Shown: piece after piece, positions 45,777-54,800 of the stretch | Position numbering within the stretch: position 1 is the stretch's first letter | How the letters are laid out: the number at the start of each line of letters is the position of its first letter | Assembly: GCA_025612375.1 (NCBI GenBank) | Contig: JAAXKN010000010.1 | Span: forward strand, 53,794-117,793 | Reading direction: 5' to 3' | Origin: Ignavibacteria bacterium | GTDB lineage: Bacteria > Bacteroidota > Ignavibacteria > Ignavibacteriales > SURF-24 | Length of the DNA stretch: 64,000 nucleotides | The notes under the pieces: model-generated | Told to the model about the DNA's origin: nothing | Database searches by the model: none | The model's input: the letters and a program-made list of their open reading frames with translations, nothing else | Program-made: the position numbers and the translations under genes

Positions 45777-47621
45777 ATGAGAATACTACTTCTATCCGGA
45801 AATGAAAAAGAGCTGGCGGGAGTCTTAAAAGCAAGCCAGGAGAGGTTCACAGAGGAGCTCGCCCTTAAGTCTGCTTCAGATCCCTCCAGAGCACAGGGCC
45901 TGCTGAAAGAAAATGAGTTTGACCTTTTAATTGTGGACCTGGACCTGCAGGCGTTAAAAAACAGGGACACATTCTCCACGATTTTAATCTCTGCAGCAGG
46001 AATACCTGTAATATCCACAGGCAGCAGCATATCCTCCGAGGATGACTTATATTTTGGAGCAGACGACTTCCTGCCCAAAAGTGACCTGAGCCCTGCAATT
46101 CTGGAACATTCCATCAGGCATGTGCAAAAGCTCAAAAAAATGGAAAGAAAACTCAGGGAAAAAGAGGAACAGATCATCTTAACTGCCCGGCATTCCCCTG
46201 TCTTGATACTAAAGCAGGATAAAAACCTCCACTATACCTGGAGCAACAATTCATTCCTCGGATATTCTTCTGAAGAAGTAAAGGGTAAGACAGACATCGA
46301 GATTTTACCCCGGGAAGATGCCCTGGTCCTGCAGGCAATTAAAAAGCAGGTTCTCGAATCGTCCATCAAGACGCGGAAGATCGTAAAAACAAAAGCCAGG
46401 GGCAGGGATTTCTATTATGACATCGTAATTGAGCCCGATTACGATGAAAACGGCAATATGAAGGGTGTCGTCTCCACTGCACTCGATATTACAGAAAAAA
46501 AGAGTGTTGAACGGGAATTTTTAAGGGCTAAAAGCCTCCTTGAGAAGATGTTCGCAAACCTGAATGAGGCTGTTTTTGTAAGTGAAAGGTCAACCGGCAA
46601 AATAATTGCATGCAACCCTGTAGTTGAAAAAATATTCGGCTACAGACCAGCCGAGGTCATAGGCAAAACCCCTGAGTTCTTATTTTTTTCCGCCGAACAT
46701 TTTGAAAACCTCAAACGCTTAGGCGACCCCCAGCTCGCAAGGGAAAACACGTTCCGGACTGAATACCAGATGAAAAAGAAAGACGGCACAACAATCGACA
46801 CCGAACATACCATTAATATCCTTAAAAATTCAAAGGGCTGGGATGAAGTGCTCATTACTATTGTAATCGATATTACAGAAAGAAAAAGAACCGAGCACGC
46901 ACTTATAAGCGCCAAGGAAAAAGCTGAAAAATCAGACCGGATGAAAACCGAGTTCCTGGCACAGATATCACATGAAATCAGGACTCCTGTTAATACTATA
47001 CTTACCTATTCAGCTCTATTGAAAGAAGAGCTGGATTTAAGGGAGGACGACGAGCTCAGGAAGAACTTCAAGATAATTGAAAAAGCGGGCAAAAGGCTTT
47101 TCAGAACCGTAGATCTTATTGTCAATATGTCTGAACTTCAGACCGGGACCTATGAACTATATCCAAGGGAGATGGATATTTATAATGATATCCTGCGGAA
47201 CCTTTATGCCGAATTCAGGAAATATGCCGCCGATAAAGGCGTTGTGATGCAGCTCGAAAACTATTCTTCTGATGCCAGTATCATTGCAGATGAATATTCC
47301 ATCTCACAGGTCTTCCGCAGCCTCATCGACAACGCAGTTAAATACACGGATCAGGGAAAAATCAGGATAATCCTGGAAAAGGACGAGGAAGACAGGCTTA
47401 TCGTTTCAATTGAGGATACAGGAATCGGGATTTCGGAAAGCTATCTTCCAAGGCTTTTTGAACCTTTCTCGCAGGAGGACCAGAGCTACACAAGGTCGTA
47501 TCAGGGTAACGGACTGGGTTTAGCCCTGGCAAAAAAATACGCCGAGCTGAATGGGGCAGTCATTGAGGTAAAAAGCATCAAGGGCTCTGGCACTGTTTTC
47601 AGGGTAGTCTTTGACAGATAA
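45777..47621 (+). CDS. sensor histidine kinase with N-terminal receiver-like domain and two PAS domains
   Basis: REC-like N-terminus (LLIVDLDL, FLPKS). Two PAS-like blocks. H-box ISHEIRTPVN. HATPase N and G boxes (DNAVKYT, DTGIGI, GNGLGLA). Confidence 0.9.
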   Translation: MRILLLSGNEKELAGVLKASQERFTEELALKSASDPSRAQGLLKENEFDLLIVDLDLQALKNRDTFSTILISAAGIPVISTGSSISSEDDLYFGADDFLPKSDLSPAILEHSIRHVQKLKKMERKLREKEEQIILTARHSPVLILKQDKNLHYTWSNNSFLGYSSEEVKGKTDIEILPREDALVLQAIKKQVLESSIKTRKIVKTKARGRDFYYDIVIEPDYDENGNMKGVVSTALDITEKKSVEREFLRAKSLLEKMFANLNEAVFVSERSTGKIIACNPVVEKIFGYRPAEVIGKTPEFLFFSAEHFENLKRLGDPQLARENTFRTEYQMKKKDGTTIDTEHTINILKNSKGWDEVLITIVIDITERKRTEHALISAKEKAEKSDRMKTEFLAQISHEIRTPVNTILTYSALLKEELDLREDDELRKNFKIIEKAGKRLFRTVDLIVNMSELQTGTYELYPREMDIYNDILRNLYAEFRKYAADKGVVMQLENYSSDASIIADEYSISQVFRSLIDNAVKYTDQGKIRIILEKDEEDRLIVSIEDTGIGISESYLPRLFEPFSQEDQSYTRSYQGNGLGLALAKKYAELNGAVIEVKSIKGSGTVFRVVFDR

Positions 47622-47633
47622 TAAATGAGGCGT

Positions 47634-47670
47634 CAAAAAAAACGCCCGCAGAGAAAAATTCCCGGGGCGC
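47634..47670 (-). terminator. probable intrinsic terminator of ettA
   Basis: On the minus strand, GCGCCC...GGGCGT forms a short GC stem (47643..47669) followed by a U8 tract (plus-strand A-run 47634..47642). Confidence 0.5.
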
Positions 47671-47698
47671 TTTTCTGTTTTTTAAGTCATTTCTAAAA

Positions 47699-49384
47699 TT
47701 ATCTTGTAAGCTGCCTGTACTTTATTCTGTGCGGCTGCTCGGCCAAAGCACCAAGCCTCTGGCGCTTGTTTTCCTCGTAGTCCGAGAAATTGCCTTCAAA
47801 CCATACGACCTTACTTTCACCCTCAAAAGCCAGAATGTGAGTGGCAACGCGGTCCAGGAACCAGCGGTCGTGGCTTATTACAACGGCACATCCGGCAAAG
47901 TTTTCCAGAGCCTCTTCCAAAGCACGCATTGTATTGACGTCCAGGTCATTTGTAGGTTCATCCAGCAGAAGCACATTTGCGCCTGACTTCAGCATCATTG
48001 CAAGATGAACGCGGTTACGCTCGCCGCCTGAAAGAAGACCGACTTTCTTCTGCTGGTCGGCGCCCGAGAAGTTGAACTGCGCAACATAGGCTCTTGAGTT
48101 TACGCTTTTATTTCCGAGCATAAGGTTGTCCTCCCCGCCCGAGATCATCTCCCAGATGGTCTTCTCAGGATCAAGGGCTTCCCTGGACTGATCCACGTAG
48201 GCCAGCTTTACAGTTTCTCCTGTTTTAATTTCACCCAAGTCAGGGGTTTCCTTTCCTGTAATCATCTTAAAAAGTGTGGTTTTTCCGGCGCCGTTAGGGC
48301 CTATAACGCCGACAATGCCTCCCGGTGGAAGCGCGAAGTTCATATCATCAACAAGAAGCTTCTCACCGTATGCCTTATTTACGCCAGCGGCCTCAATTAC
48401 ATTATTGCCCAGGCGGGGTCCGGCCGGAATATAGATCTCAAGCTCCCTTTGAAGCTTTTCAGACTCCTGTTTAAGCAGGCTCTCATAAGAAGTAATTCTT
48501 GCCTTGGACTTTGCGTGGCGCCCTTTAGGAGACATCCTGATCCATTCAAGTTCCCTCTGGAGAGTCTTCTGGCGCTCTGATTCCTTCTTTTCCTCCAGAG
48601 CCAGGCGGTTCTGCTTCTGCTCGAGCCATGATGAATAATTTCCTTTCCAGGGAATTCCCTGCCCGCGGTCGAGCTCTAAGATCCAGCCTGCAACATTATC
48701 CAGGAAGTAGCGGTCGTGTGTAACAGCTATAACCGTGCCTTCATACTTCTGGAGGTGATGTTCCAGCCATGCAACAGATTCGGCATCCAGGTGGTTTGTA
48801 GGTTCATCCAGCAGAAGAATGTCCGGCTTTTTAAGCAGCAGTCTGCAGAGCGCCACCCTTCTTTTCTCTCCTCCCGAGAGAACCTTTACTGATGTTTCGC
48901 CCGGAGGGCACCTAAGGGCATCCATAGCCATTTCAAGCTTGGAATCCAGTTCCCATGCATCAAAGGCTTCGAGGCGTTCCTGGACCTTCCCCTGGCGCTC
49001 TAAAAGCTCTGTCATCTCGTCATCAGACATCGGTTCGCCAAATTTTTCATTGATTGAATCATATTCCTTTAAGAGGTCCACAACTTCCTGCACCCCTTCT
49101 TCAACAATTTCCCTTACCGTCTTAGCCTCATCCAGCTGCGGCTCCTGTTCGAGGTAGCCTATTGTATAGCCCGGAGAAAGCACGGTCTCACCGTTAAAAT
49201 CCTTGTCCACCCCGGCAAGAATTTTAAGAAGCGTACTTTTTCCCGAGCCGTTCAGGCCCAGAACGCCGATCTTGGCGCCGTAGAAATATGATAAATATAT
49301 ATCCTTAATTACCGGTTTCTGATTATAGAACTTGCTTACCCCGATCATGGAGTAAATAACCTTGTTAGGTTCAACTGCGGCCAT
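47699..49384 (-). CDS. ettA: energy-dependent translational throttle protein EttA (ABC-F)
   Basis: 561 aa, colinear with E. coli Ett[10 protein letters not shown] and GPNGAGKTT Walker A motifs, two LSGGE signatures, no TM. Confidence 0.93.
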   Translation of the reverse strand: MAAVEPNKVIYSMIGVSKFYNQKPVIKDIYLSYFYGAKIGVLGLNGSGKSTLLKILAGVDKDFNGETVLSPGYTIGYLEQEPQLDEAKTVREIVEEGVQEVVDLLKEYDSINEKFGEPMSDDEMTELLERQGKVQERLEAFDAWELDSKLEMAMDALRCPPGETSVKVLSGGEKRRVALCRLLLKKPDILLLDEPTNHLDAESVAWLEHHLQKYEGTVIAVTHDRYFLDNVAGWILELDRGQGIPWKGNYSSWLEQKQNRLALEEKKESERQKTLQRELEWIRMSPKGRHAKSKARITSYESLLKQESEKLQRELEIYIPAGPRLGNNVIEAAGVNKAYGEKLLVDDMNFALPPGGIVGVIGPNGAGKTTLFKMITGKETPDLGEIKTGETVKLAYVDQSREALDPEKTIWEMISGGEDNLMLGNKSVNSRAYVAQFNFSGADQQKKVGLLSGGERNRVHLAMMLKSGANVLLLDEPTNDLDVNTMRALEEALENFAGCAVVISHDRWFLDRVATHILAFEGESKVVWFEGNFSDYEENKRQRLGALAEQPHRIKYRQLTR

Positions 49385-49591
49385 TCTAAATGGTTCTCCT
49401 TTTCTCGTTTTTTACGTTTTTTCAAAAATCTTCAGTCCGGTATTATAGCCCTAAAAGTCCTGATTGTCAATAAAAATCTGAATCCTGAAATCAGGCGCAC
49501 TAATAGCCTTACACTGTAATTCTAAATGGAAATTTCTCTTATTTATTTTTATGTTTAAACTTATTTTTGAAGTAAAACTATCCGGGAACTT

Positions 49592-50044
49592 ATGGAACCA
49601 AGAAAAGACTATAACCCACAGATGCATTCGGCAGAACACATATTAAACCAGACAATGGTAAGAATGTTCAGCTGCGGAAGAAGTTTCAGCGCCCATATTG
49701 AAAAGAAAAAATCCAAGTGTGACTATCATTTCGACCGTAATTTAACGGAAAACGAAATTCAGACAATTGAAGCTAAAGTAAATGAAATTATAGATTTGGA
49801 CCTCCCCGTAACAGAGGAATTCTTAAGTCGCGAAGAAGCCCAAAGGACATTTAATCTGGAACGCCTCCCCGAAGACGCAGGCGACAAGGTCAGAATCGTC
49901 AGGATCGGTGACTATGACGCTTGTCCATGCATAGGCCCTCACGTCGGAAAAACAAAAGAAATAGGATCAATTAAAATAATCTCTACTGATTTTAAAAACG
50001 GTATCCTAAGAGTACGCTTTAAGAACGCCATTAATGAAAGTTAA
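49592..50044 (+). CDS. stand-alone alanyl-tRNA editing domain protein (AlaX-S-like)
   Basis: 150 aa. HSAEH (HxxxH) and CPCIGPH (CxxxH) zinc motifs of the AlaRS/ThrRS second additional domain. Confidence 0.75.
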   Translation: MEPRKDYNPQMHSAEHILNQTMVRMFSCGRSFSAHIEKKKSKCDYHFDRNLTENEIQTIEAKVNEIIDLDLPVTEEFLSREEAQRTFNLERLPEDAGDKVRIVRIGDYDACPCIGPHVGKTKEIGSIKIISTDFKNGILRVRFKNAINES

Positions 50045-50930
50045 AGTATCCAGCTTCTGGAAACCCCTGTTTGCGGTTCTCGTATGGGGAGCCTCATTTG
50101 TTGCTACAAAAATCGCTCTTGCCGAGGCTAATCCCGCTGAGATCGTCTTTACCAGGCTCATTTTCGGGATCGCCCTGCTGGCTGCCGTGGTTCTTTTTAA
50201 GGACGGGAGATTTACCGTACCAATGAGGGTGCTTAGAAATATCATTCTCCTTGCTCTAATCGCCTCTTTTCACCTTTGGATACAGGTTACAGGCTTGAAA
50301 TTTACCTCAGCAGCAAACACAGGCTGGATAATAGGACTGTCGCCGGTGTTTATGGCAATTATAGGCGTAATGTTTTTCCACGAATCCCTGAATTTAATCA
50401 GGATCGGGGGCATTATGCTTTCCATGTTCGGCCTCGTGCTTTTAATCAGCAAGGGGGATTTTACAAACATTGGCCTCATTTCAAACCGGGGGGATTTCCT
50501 TGTCCTTGCAAGCGCCTTTACCTGGAGCATATATTCTGCTTTGAATAAAAAGATTTCACTGCACTTTTCCCCCCTCCTTACGATTTTCTACCTCTTCAGC
50601 TTTATGGCCCTCATTCTTTCCCCTTTTACAATCAGCCCCCGATATATCGGTTTACTTTTCCATATGTCTTTTAATGCCTGGCTGGCAATAATTTTTCTTG
50701 GCGTTTTCTGCTCCGGCATTGCCTACGTCTTCTGGGCGCAGGCCCTGAAGGAAATGGAGGCTACTACTGTGGGTGTGTTCCTTTATATTGAGCCCTTTGT
50801 AACGGTCTTCTCAGCATGGATGGTCCTTCAGGAACACATTACAATTCTTACTATCCTTAGCGGCCTAATAATTACTCTCGGCGTCTTTTTTGTCAACTGG
50901 AGGCCAAAGCCCTTGGCTTTAAAACAGTAA
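50034..50930 (+). CDS. EamA/DMT-family transporter
   Basis: 298 aa, 10 TM segments in two EamA repeats. Overlaps the AlaX-like gene by 11 nt. Confidence 0.85.
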   Translation: MKVKVSSFWKPLFAVLVWGASFVATKIALAEANPAEIVFTRLIFGIALLAAVVLFKDGRFTVPMRVLRNIILLALIASFHLWIQVTGLKFTSAANTGWIIGLSPVFMAIIGVMFFHESLNLIRIGGIMLSMFGLVLLISKGDFTNIGLISNRGDFLVLASAFTWSIYSALNKKISLHFSPLLTIFYLFSFMALILSPFTISPRYIGLLFHMSFNAWLAIIFLGVFCSGIAYVFWAQALKEMEATTVGVFLYIEPFVTVFSAWMVLQEHITILTILSGLIITLGVFFVNWRPKPLALKQ

Positions 50931-51047
50931 TCTGCAGAACAAAAAAACTGAAAGCCGAGAGCCTTTCTGAGAGTGATGGCTGTGTCTTGATTTAATAATA
51001 TTTTTCGATATTTTAAGATTAATACACAATAAAGCCAGGTCCGGGGT

Positions 51048-51902
51048 ATGAAATTTAGTCTCGTCTGGAATGTTATCAAGGAAACCTTCAGCAAGTGGAG
51101 TGATGATAAGGCACCCAAGCTTGCCGCCTCACTTTCGTTTTACACGATATTCTCAATTGCGCCTATGCTCCTTTTAATAATTGCAATAGCCGGCTTTGTT
51201 TTTGGAAACGATGCCGCACAGGGAAGGATTGTCGGGCAGCTTCAGTCTTTTGTAGGAAGAGAAAGCGCAGTTTTAATCCAGAATGCAATTACGAAGTCGA
51301 GCAACATTCAGTCAGGAATAATTGCAACGGTTATAGGAGTTGTTACACTGCTTCTGGGTGCTTCGGGCGTTTTCCTGGAGCTTCAGGATTCGCTTAATAT
51401 GATCTGGAAGGTAAGACGCAAGCCGGACAAAGCACTCGTAGCATTCCTTAAAAGCCGTTTAATTTCCTTTTCGCTCATTATTGCAGTGGGCTTTTTGCTG
51501 ATGCTTTCGCTTATAATAAGTACCGTAATCTCTGCACTCAGCGACTTTATTGAGCGCTATATTTCAATTCCCGCCTTTGTCCTTAGCCTGACGGATTTTG
51601 TCATTTCACTCATAATTATGGTTGTGCTTTTCTCAATGATTTACAGGATATTGCCCGACGTTAAACTCTCATGGAAAGACGTAAGAATTGGGGGAATAAT
51701 TACATCTCTCCTGTTCATACTGGGTAAATACCTGATCAGCCTGTATCTGGGCAGAAGCAGCGTCAGTTCGACTTTCGGGGCTGCCGGATCGCTTGCAATA
51801 TTTATCATCTGGATTTACTACACTGCCCAGATACTTTTTCTTGGGGCTGAGTTTACCTATGTCTATGCCGTCAAGTTCGGCTCAGGCATAGTTCCTAAAT
51901 AA
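51048..51902 (+). CDS. YihY/BrkB-family membrane protein
   Basis: 284 aa. N-terminal FSKWSDDKAPKLAASLSFYTIFSIAP is typical of YihY. 6 TM segments. Confidence 0.85.
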   Translation: MKFSLVWNVIKETFSKWSDDKAPKLAASLSFYTIFSIAPMLLLIIAIAGFVFGNDAAQGRIVGQLQSFVGRESAVLIQNAITKSSNIQSGIIATVIGVVTLLLGASGVFLELQDSLNMIWKVRRKPDKALVAFLKSRLISFSLIIAVGFLLMLSLIISTVISALSDFIERYISIPAFVLSLTDFVISLIIMVVLFSMIYRILPDVKLSWKDVRIGGIITSLLFILGKYLISLYLGRSSVSSTFGAAGSLAIFIIWIYYTAQILFLGAEFTYVYAVKFGSGIVPK

Positions 51903-51917
51903 CTTTAAGTAATGCCC

Positions 51918-52982
51918 TTAATACCTGGTTTCGCTTACCCTTACGGGTACAGGGGTATCATGAGGCTCACCAAGCTTTCCTCCAAAAGCTGCGGCAACTG
52001 CCCCCAAAATAAGCCCTATAAATGCAAATATGGCGGCTTTGGACATTGCAGCTGCAACTGTATCCCCGGTCTCGCGGGCTTTCCTTTCAAGAGAATCTTT
52101 GGCCGTTGAAAGCTTCTGCTTCGACTGGTTATATGTCTGAATCCAGTTATCTACTATCTGGTTTGCCTCCTCGCGGCTTTTGCCCGTTCTTTTCATTATG
52201 ACATTTACAGCTGCATCCCGGTCGGCCGCATTGGCAATATTCTGCCCCCGGCTGAAAAGACGGTCAATGAGGTTATCGGCTTCATTATCCGCAGCCTGCG
52301 GATTCTGAGCCGCATTGCCGGCGCTTCCTGTTACGTCCTGCATCGCCTCATTTCCCTGACGCCTCAGGTTCTCGGGCTGGAGCTCAGGTTTCCCGGTTTC
52401 GCGCAAGGTGCGCCGTGCCTCGGATTTCAGGTCTGCCAGGTCAATTCCCTGCTTTTGAAGCTCACTCTTGACGGCTCCTGCCACTTCAGGCGCCGCCGCC
52501 TGAATACCCTGGCCTGCCATTGAAAGTGTCTTTCCAACAAGGCTTCCTACTCCGCTTATAACGCTGCCTACTGCAGTAGTAAGCAGATAAAATGAAACAA
52601 GCGTAAATACACTGAATGCCAGTACACCATGAAGCACACTGTCGAAAGTTCTCGGAACGCCGGCCAGGCGTGAGGCGGTCATGCCCCCTAAGAAAAGAGC
52701 AATCAGCATGCTTATAACCCACCAGACCAATGCTCCGGTTCCAAGGCCTGCAAAGGGATTACTCTCCCGCATAGGCTCAATAGATCCAAAGCCTATTCCC
52801 AGACCTAAAAGACTCAGCATCAGCTGAACTACCAGGGCAACAACCACACCCGCAAAAACTGCCCCCCAGGAAATCCTCTTTAGTATTCCTGGACGCCCCT
52901 GTTCAACTGTTATATCCCTGGACCTTGGAGGAATGGGGTCCCGCTCGGGAGGAACATACCCCGGATTCATCTCTTCTGCCAT
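51918..52982 (-). CDS. hypothetical membrane protein (4 N-terminal TM + long polar/coiled region + C-terminal TM)
   Basis: 354 aa. Gly/Ala-rich TM helices, charged Q/N/A-rich central region. AAGGAG RBS. Confidence 0.6.
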   Translation of the reverse strand: MAEEMNPGYVPPERDPIPPRSRDITVEQGRPGILKRISWGAVFAGVVVALVVQLMLSLLGLGIGFGSIEPMRESNPFAGLGTGALVWWVISMLIALFLGGMTASRLAGVPRTFDSVLHGVLAFSVFTLVSFYLLTTAVGSVISGVGSLVGKTLSMAGQGIQAAAPEVAGAVKSELQKQGIDLADLKSEARRTLRETGKPELQPENLRRQGNEAMQDVTGSAGNAAQNPQAADNEADNLIDRLFSRGQNIANAADRDAAVNVIMKRTGKSREEANQIVDNWIQTYNQSKQKLSTAKDSLERKARETGDTVAAAMSKAAIFAFIGLILGAVAAAFGGKLGEPHDTPVPVRVSETRY

Positions 52983-53328
52983 GTTTTTTCTCCTTCATTT
53001 GTTGTTCATTGTTTTTCCCGGAATGCACTTCCAGCATCCCGGAAAGGTATAATCTTAAAAGCAGAACTCTTCATGGCCTTCCCCTTATTAAGATAACCGT
53101 TCCTCTTATCCACTCATTTTAATATATTACTTCATTTTTTTAATACAAGTGATAAAGAAGTCCAGCCTCCTGCACAGCCCGGACTCTTCAGGTAATGGGG
53201 CCTAACTTATTATAATTATTAATGTTGCGTGCTTTTAATATCGATTTTTGATAGCAGATAAAAGCCCGATATCTGGGAATAAAGAGAGATGATATGCCCT
53301 GTCTTGGAGAGCCGTGAAAGAGCCGGCA

Positions 53329-53363
53329 GAAAAATAAAAAAGGGCAGATGTTATTCCGCCCTT
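53329..53363 (-). terminator. intrinsic terminator of the tldD-pmbA operon
   Basis: Minus strand: AAGGGCGG-aauaacau-CUGCCCUU followed by UUUUUAUUUUU. Confidence 0.65.
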
Positions 53364-53438
53364 ATTGTCACATGGCAAAACTTAAGTTATTTATTTACAT
53401 CTACTTAGGTCTTACAGCTTAATTTATAATATTACTAC

Positions 53439-54779
53439 TTAAACGCCGCTTATTGTCATCTTTTTAACTTTAATGGAAGGGCAATAAACGGAGCCTGTCT
53501 TAATCGGGTCGTCACCTATGATCTCAATATTATTCAGAATATCAAACATGGTTGAGGCAATTGTAAACTCATTTACAGGGTAGGCGACCTTACCGTTTTC
53601 AATCCACAAGCCCTGGGCTCCCCTTGAATAATCCCCCGTCTGAAGTATCTCACCGAAGCCTGAAGTGTAGGTTATAAGCACCCCGTTGTCAATTGTTTTT
53701 ATCATCTCTTCCAGGCTGCTTTTCCCGCTTTCAAGATAAAGGTTGCTCACCCCGTCAGCATTTCCTGTCGTCTTCATGTTAAGCTTTCTGGCTGAATATG
53801 AGTCCAGGAGGAAGGTCTTAAGAACCCCTTTTTCAACGACAACTTTTCTCTTACTTTTTACCCCTTCGCCGTCAAAAGGACGCGAGGCAACCTGTCCTGC
53901 TATGAGCGGGTCTTCCACTATTGTAACGTTCTCCCCTGCTATTTTCTGCCCCAGCTTGTCAGTTAAGAACGACTGCTTTGTATAGATGTTCCCCCCTGTT
54001 ATAGCCTGCACGAGGAATGAGAGTAATCCCCTGGCAACCGTGTTTTCAAAGATAACCGGAACCGTCTGAGTCTTCGGCTTTCTGGCTCCCCTTTTCATAA
54101 TTGTACGCTTTGCAGCCTTCTCGGCTACACTTTCAACCGGGTCTAACTGGTCAAATCTGTTGGCTGCAGTATACCAGCCTCCCGACTGCTTCCTTGCCGA
54201 ATTTAGGCCTTCAACGGCATCCGGGATTGCACAGGAGCTCTGCATCCCGCAGTCAGACTGCCTGTAGCCTTCGCAGAAGCCGAGTGAGTTTGCCAGGACA
54301 AAATGCCCCGAGCTGCTGCTTACAGAGGCTCCGTCGGCAATAAGGTCCTTGTCGTATTTAAGAGAAAGGCTTTCAAGCTCTTTTGCCATTTCAATACGCT
54401 TTTCAATTGTAACGGACTCTTCATTTGGGTCATACATTTTGAGATCCGCTTCCGCCATTCCAAGCTCATCTTTTTCAGGAAGCCCGTAGAACTCGTCTGC
54501 CCCCGTGTACTTTACAATTTTCATGGCATCTTTGACCAGGTTCTTCAGTGCCTCTTCGGAAAAATCGCTGGTACTTACAGCTGCCTTTTTCTTATCCTTG
54601 CTCAGCGTTAAGGAAAGCACTTTTGAATTTGACTGCGTAAGGGTGTCTATCTTCTGGTTGCGGACTGAAACCTCCTTGTCCGTCCCATAGCTGATACGGA
54701 CAACTGCCGTATCCCCGCCCTGTTTTTTAACCAGATCTATGACTTCCTGAGCCAGTTTTTTATGTTCATCAAGTAACAT
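53439..54779 (-). CDS. pmbA: PmbA/TldE-family metalloprotease subunit
   Basis: 446 aa. TldD/PmbA-family pattern, C-terminal GDYSRGA...GLWIENG. No signal peptide. Confidence 0.88.
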   Translation of the reverse strand: MLLDEHKKLAQEVIDLVKKQGGDTAVVRISYGTDKEVSVRNQKIDTLTQSNSKVLSLTLSKDKKKAAVSTSDFSEEALKNLVKDAMKIVKYTGADEFYGLPEKDELGMAEADLKMYDPNEESVTIEKRIEMAKELESLSLKYDKDLIADGASVSSSSGHFVLANSLGFCEGYRQSDCGMQSSCAIPDAVEGLNSARKQSGGWYTAANRFDQLDPVESVAEKAAKRTIMKRGARKPKTQTVPVIFENTVARGLLSFLVQAITGGNIYTKQSFLTDKLGQKIAGENVTIVEDPLIAGQVASRPFDGEGVKSKRKVVVEKGVLKTFLLDSYSARKLNMKTTGNADGVSNLYLESGKSSLEEMIKTIDNGVLITYTSGFGEILQTGDYSRGAQGLWIENGKVAYPVNEFTIASTMFDILNNIEIIGDDPIKTGSVYCPSIKVKKMTISGV

Positions 54780-54800
54780 TTTTACTCCGGATTTTTTGTT

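Noticed and set aside
45767-46177. A 136-aa minus-strand ORF overlapping the N-terminus of the histidine kinase gene.
   Set aside because: It is Ser/Leu/Cys-rich low-complexity translation opposite a gene with a clear receiver-like fold, and it has no RBS context.
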